A stretch of DNA of 63,927 bases, the filler included, from Octopus bimaculoides (Eukaryota): the NCBI RefSeq assembly GCF_001194135.2. It is 7 parts of 7 records of this genome, joined end to end, with 100 filler letters (N's around TTAATTAATTAA, not from the genome) between each part and the next. Parts side by side here need not be neighbours in the genome. Positions count along the whole stretch, not along the records: positions 62,877 to 63,927 come from NW_026413360.1; 6 more parts are not named here. One strand, 5' to 3'. Positions 63,601-63,927 of the stretch are shown piece by piece. A program made the position numbers and the translations under genes. The stretch's first letter is position 1, and each line of letters starts with the position of its first letter. The notes under the pieces were generated by a model, which ran no database searches, was not told the DNA's origin, and was given only the letters and a program-made list of their open reading frames with translations.

Positions 63601-63927
63601 ATTTCATCTGCCGCTACTTTCTGAGTTTAAATTTCGGCGAGGTCGACTTTGCCTTTCATGCTTTCGGGGGTCGATTGAATAAGTACCAGTTACGCACTGG
63701 GGTCGATGAAATCAACTAGACCTCTCACCTTGTTCCTATTGTAGAAAGGATTATGTAAAAGGAAAATGATGCATTTATTCAAAATTTCATTTCTTTACAG
63801 ATAGTTCGGTAGCAATAATAATAGTCAACTACTTCACCAGAAGACTAAAACTAACAAAATGAATTCCCTCGGCAAAGTCGACCTCGGTGGAATTTGAACT
63901 CAGAACGTTAAGATAGACGAAATACCG

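Overview
Eukaryotic, AT-rich, microsatellite- and TE-dense DNA from a fragmented assembly: many N gaps, plus six artificial 44N-TTAATTAATTAA-44N linkers that join separate contigs. The tRNA-derived SINE families and LINE types suggest an octopus genome (inference). The only gene I confidently recognise is ZNHIT1 (Vps71/Swc6-like): coding exon 1 at 18036-18078 and exon 2 at 23087-23263 on the + strand; I found no 3' exons in the window. I also assembled two unrecognised candidate multi-exon genes from in-phase micro-exons with GT-AG sites, one on the + strand (about 43.6-52.8 kb, possibly to 59.7 kb) and one on the - strand divergent from ZNHIT1 (about 2.2-6.8 kb). The rest is decayed mobile DNA: RTE and RLE-type LINEs, Penelope-like elements, mariner, hAT, a Sola-like transposase, Helitrons, MITEs and several SINE families. 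Most six-frame ORFs are microsatellite or N-gap artefacts. I see no convincing new biological system. The best leads are the two candidate genes, a Penelope element whose duplicated inverted 3' end carries a tRNA-like Pol III module, a locally templated 65-bp duplication, and a 42-bp minisatellite with an open 14-aa-repeat frame.
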